Assembly (NCBI GenBank): GCA_963766075.1
Contig: CAVYAN010000074.1
Location: 11,864 to 75,863, forward strand
Origin: an uncultured cyanobacterium
Lineage (GTDB): Bacteria > Cyanobacteriota > Cyanobacteriia > Leptolyngbyales > Leptolyngbyaceae
Length of the DNA stretch: 64,000 bases
Reading direction: 5' to 3'
Part shown: positions 62,245 through 64,000 of the stretch, one piece after another
Layout: each line of letters opens with the position of its first letter
Numbering within the stretch: the first letter of the stretch is position 1
Program-made: the position numbers and the translations under genes
Notes under the pieces: model-generated
The model's input: the letters and a program-made list of their open reading frames with translations, nothing else
What the model was told of the DNA's origin: nothing
Database searches by the model: none

Positions 62245-62988
62245 ATGCCCTCAGTTGTTAAGTTTGGAATTATCGTTTTCCCGGGATCTAACTGCGATCG
62301 CGATGTGGCCTGGGTCACCCAAGGGCTGCTGCACCAACCCACCCGCATGGTTTGGCACGAGGAGCGCGATCTTGATGATCTGGACGTGATTATTATTCCT
62401 GGTGGCTTTAGCTATGGCGATTATCTGCGCTGCGGAGCGATCGCCCGGTTTTCTCCAGCCATTCAAGCCACTCTGGAGCACGCCCGCAAGGGTAAATTCG
62501 TTCTAGGCATTTGTAATGGGTTCCAAGTCTTAACAGAAGCAGGACTGTTGCCTGGAGCCTTAGTCCGCAATCGGGACTTGCATTTCATCTGCGATTGCGT
62601 ACCGCTCAAAATCGAGCGCACTGATCTGGCCTGGACTCAGTCCTACACCAAGAATCTCATCACCTTGCCGATTGCCCATGGTGAGGGGAGTTACTACGCT
62701 GATGCCGAGACATTGGCCGATTTAGAGGCTCATCGCCAAATTTTATTCCGTTACTGCACGGCGGAGGGTCAGGTGAACCCAGCCGGGAATCCCAACGGCT
62801 CTTTGCATAATATTGCGGGGATCTGCAATCGACGGGGCAATGTCTTGGGCATGATGCCCCATCCAGAACGTGCGGCGGATCCTGATTTAGGGCCCTATGG
62901 GGGAAATACCGATGGGATGCCGCTTTTCCAAAGCGTGTTGACCGGGATACTCGGCCAAGGGGCCGTGGGTATTGGCCCATCGTCCTGA
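62245..62988 (+). CDS. purQ: Phosphoribosylformylglycinamidine synthase subunit PurQ
   Basis: [44 protein letters not shown]. Confidence 0.97.
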   Translation: MPSVVKFGIIVFPGSNCDRDVAWVTQGLLHQPTRMVWHEERDLDDLDVIIIPGGFSYGDYLRCGAIARFSPAIQATLEHARKGKFVLGICNGFQVLTEAGLLPGALVRNRDLHFICDCVPLKIERTDLAWTQSYTKNLITLPIAHGEGSYYADAETLADLEAHRQILFRYCTAEGQVNPAGNPNGSLHNIAGICNRRGNVLGMMPHPERAADPDLGPYGGNTDGMPLFQSVLTGILGQGAVGIGPSS

Positions 62989-63255
62989 AATTGACTATTC
63001 CTGAAAGTTGACTATGGTGTGGAGCCTCAATATACGTGGGACCTCAATATGAAGGCCCTTTAAAGTCAACGGCAAATTCCATCAAGATTGTCCGCAATTC
63101 TATTGAGACGCTTTCAATTCCGTAATTTTCCGGAGATATTGGTCTCATCAGCCTCACTGAGCGGTAAGTCTACTGAAAACCTAGCCTATCCCTTGCCTTC
63201 AAGGGCCTAGATGGGGTCTTCTAAGATTTCTGTTCGATGGTGCTAATAATCTTTG

Positions 63256-63304
63256 TGATGATGTAGGACCTGCAGGGCGTGCTTTGGCATGCCCTCTTTT
63301 TTTT
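63256..63304 (+). ncRNA. Candidate small RNA, copy 1 (18-nt conserved segment + intrinsic terminator)
   Basis: TGATGATGTAGGACCTGC AGGGCGTGC-TTTG-GCATGCCCT C T8; AT-rich -10-like sequence just upstream. Confidence 0.55.
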
Positions 63305-63793
63305 GATCTCCTCCTTGCGGTGGTCCGGCGGGCAAGATGATTTCCAACTTCTAGCCCACAGATTCCGGGATTCGCTAGGGCATTTGCTGTGGATCCGGCG
63401 ATCGCTGCGGGTAATTTTTCGGAGCGATCGCCCTCAGCAACTTTCCGTTTATAAAATCCCCTTAAAGTTACGAACTCCTTCCATCAAGTATTACCGGGGC
63501 TATCCCGCCTTCCCTAGGCATCCCGTAATTTCTCGGACATAGTGTATGTATTGGAGCCACTGAGCCGTGATTCCACTGATTCCCTCTCTGATCGTTGTTC
63601 CCTGTTCGATGGCTAAATCCAGCCCAGGCCAAAAACCACCGCCTTACTCAAGCAGCGCAAAGTTTTTTGGTTTGGATCAGGATTAAATCGTCTCTAAGAC
63701 GTAGCGTTGGTGTTTTAACTCCTGATCAAGAGAGGAATTGGGTTCCGGCTCAATGGGTCTGAAGCCTTTCATGCCGTTTTTTATACCTTTTTA

Positions 63794-63841
63794 TGATGAT
63801 GTAGGACCTGCGGGGTGTACTTCGGTGCACCCTCTTTTTTT
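63794..63841 (+). ncRNA. Candidate small RNA, copy 2
   Basis: TGATGATGTAGGACCTGC GGGGTGTAC-TTCG-GTGCACCCT C T7. Confidence 0.55.
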
Positions 63842-64000
63842 GCTATACAATCTATAAACTCAATACGCTTGTCCGGAATCGCCCGTACCAAAAGTGCTCG
63901 GCCTTCGCGATAATCAGAAATATTGACCAATTTCCTCAACTTTTTTAGTGAACATTTGTAAACTAAGGAAGAGGCATTTTTGGGTGTCCCCGTTTGTTGA

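Larger units (their letters stand above)
1..64000. repeat. HIP1 octamer GCGATCGC highly over-represented throughout (often as GGCGATCGCC)
   Basis: Many occurrences visible in both coding and intergenic DNA; hallmark of cyanobacterial genomes. Confidence 0.95.

Noticed and set aside
63237..63266. Micro-ORF MVLIIFVMM ending in the conserved 18-mer
   Set aside because: The equivalent frame in copy 2 encodes only MMM-stop with no upstream start; no conserved peptide
63120..63880. NsiR1-like array (repeated sRNA, TCCGGA at 63129 and 63872)
   Set aside because: The TCCGGA hexamers are not ~35 nt upstream of either repeat, the spacing is 538 bp, and the sequence does not match NsiR1 as I recall it
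1..64000. CRISPR array, cas genes, tRNA or rRNA
   Set aside because: No regularly spaced 25-40 bp repeats with unique spacers, no cas-like ORFs, and no tRNA/rRNA pattern recognised by eye

Overview
Chromosomal window of a cyanobacterium. The HIP1 octamer GCGATCGC is very frequent. A hetZ-like gene followed by a single unsplit patU-like gene suggests a filamentous, probably non-heterocystous strain (inference). Most of the window is housekeeping and signalling genes: cheA 3' end, mnmE, rimJ, arsM, bioB, cax, pyrD, recQ, cobK, sixA, guaD, hemF, an RHH-ycf46-ycf35 operon, purQ, two DUF1565 surface proteins, an S8 protease, two LysR pairs and two-component genes. Mobile DNA is limited to an internally deleted IS66 remnant nested in a second TIR-bounded element, a truncated IS5 and several tiny repeat families. 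The most notable unannotated signals are: (1) two copies of a ~48-nt candidate small RNA downstream of purQ, with an identical 18-nt 5' segment and a terminator stem showing compensatory base changes; (2) a dispersed 16-nt core CTGAGCGGAGYCGAAG flanked each time by a different perfect inverted repeat; (3) an ethylene-binding-domain/insert-Cys cyanobacteriochrome hybrid kinase and its downstream kinase, each broken by a single-base frameshift; (4) a dispersed purine/allantoin utilisation set with shared TGTATAC boxes and an NtcA-type box. All annotations come from motif recognition by eye; no database searches were run.
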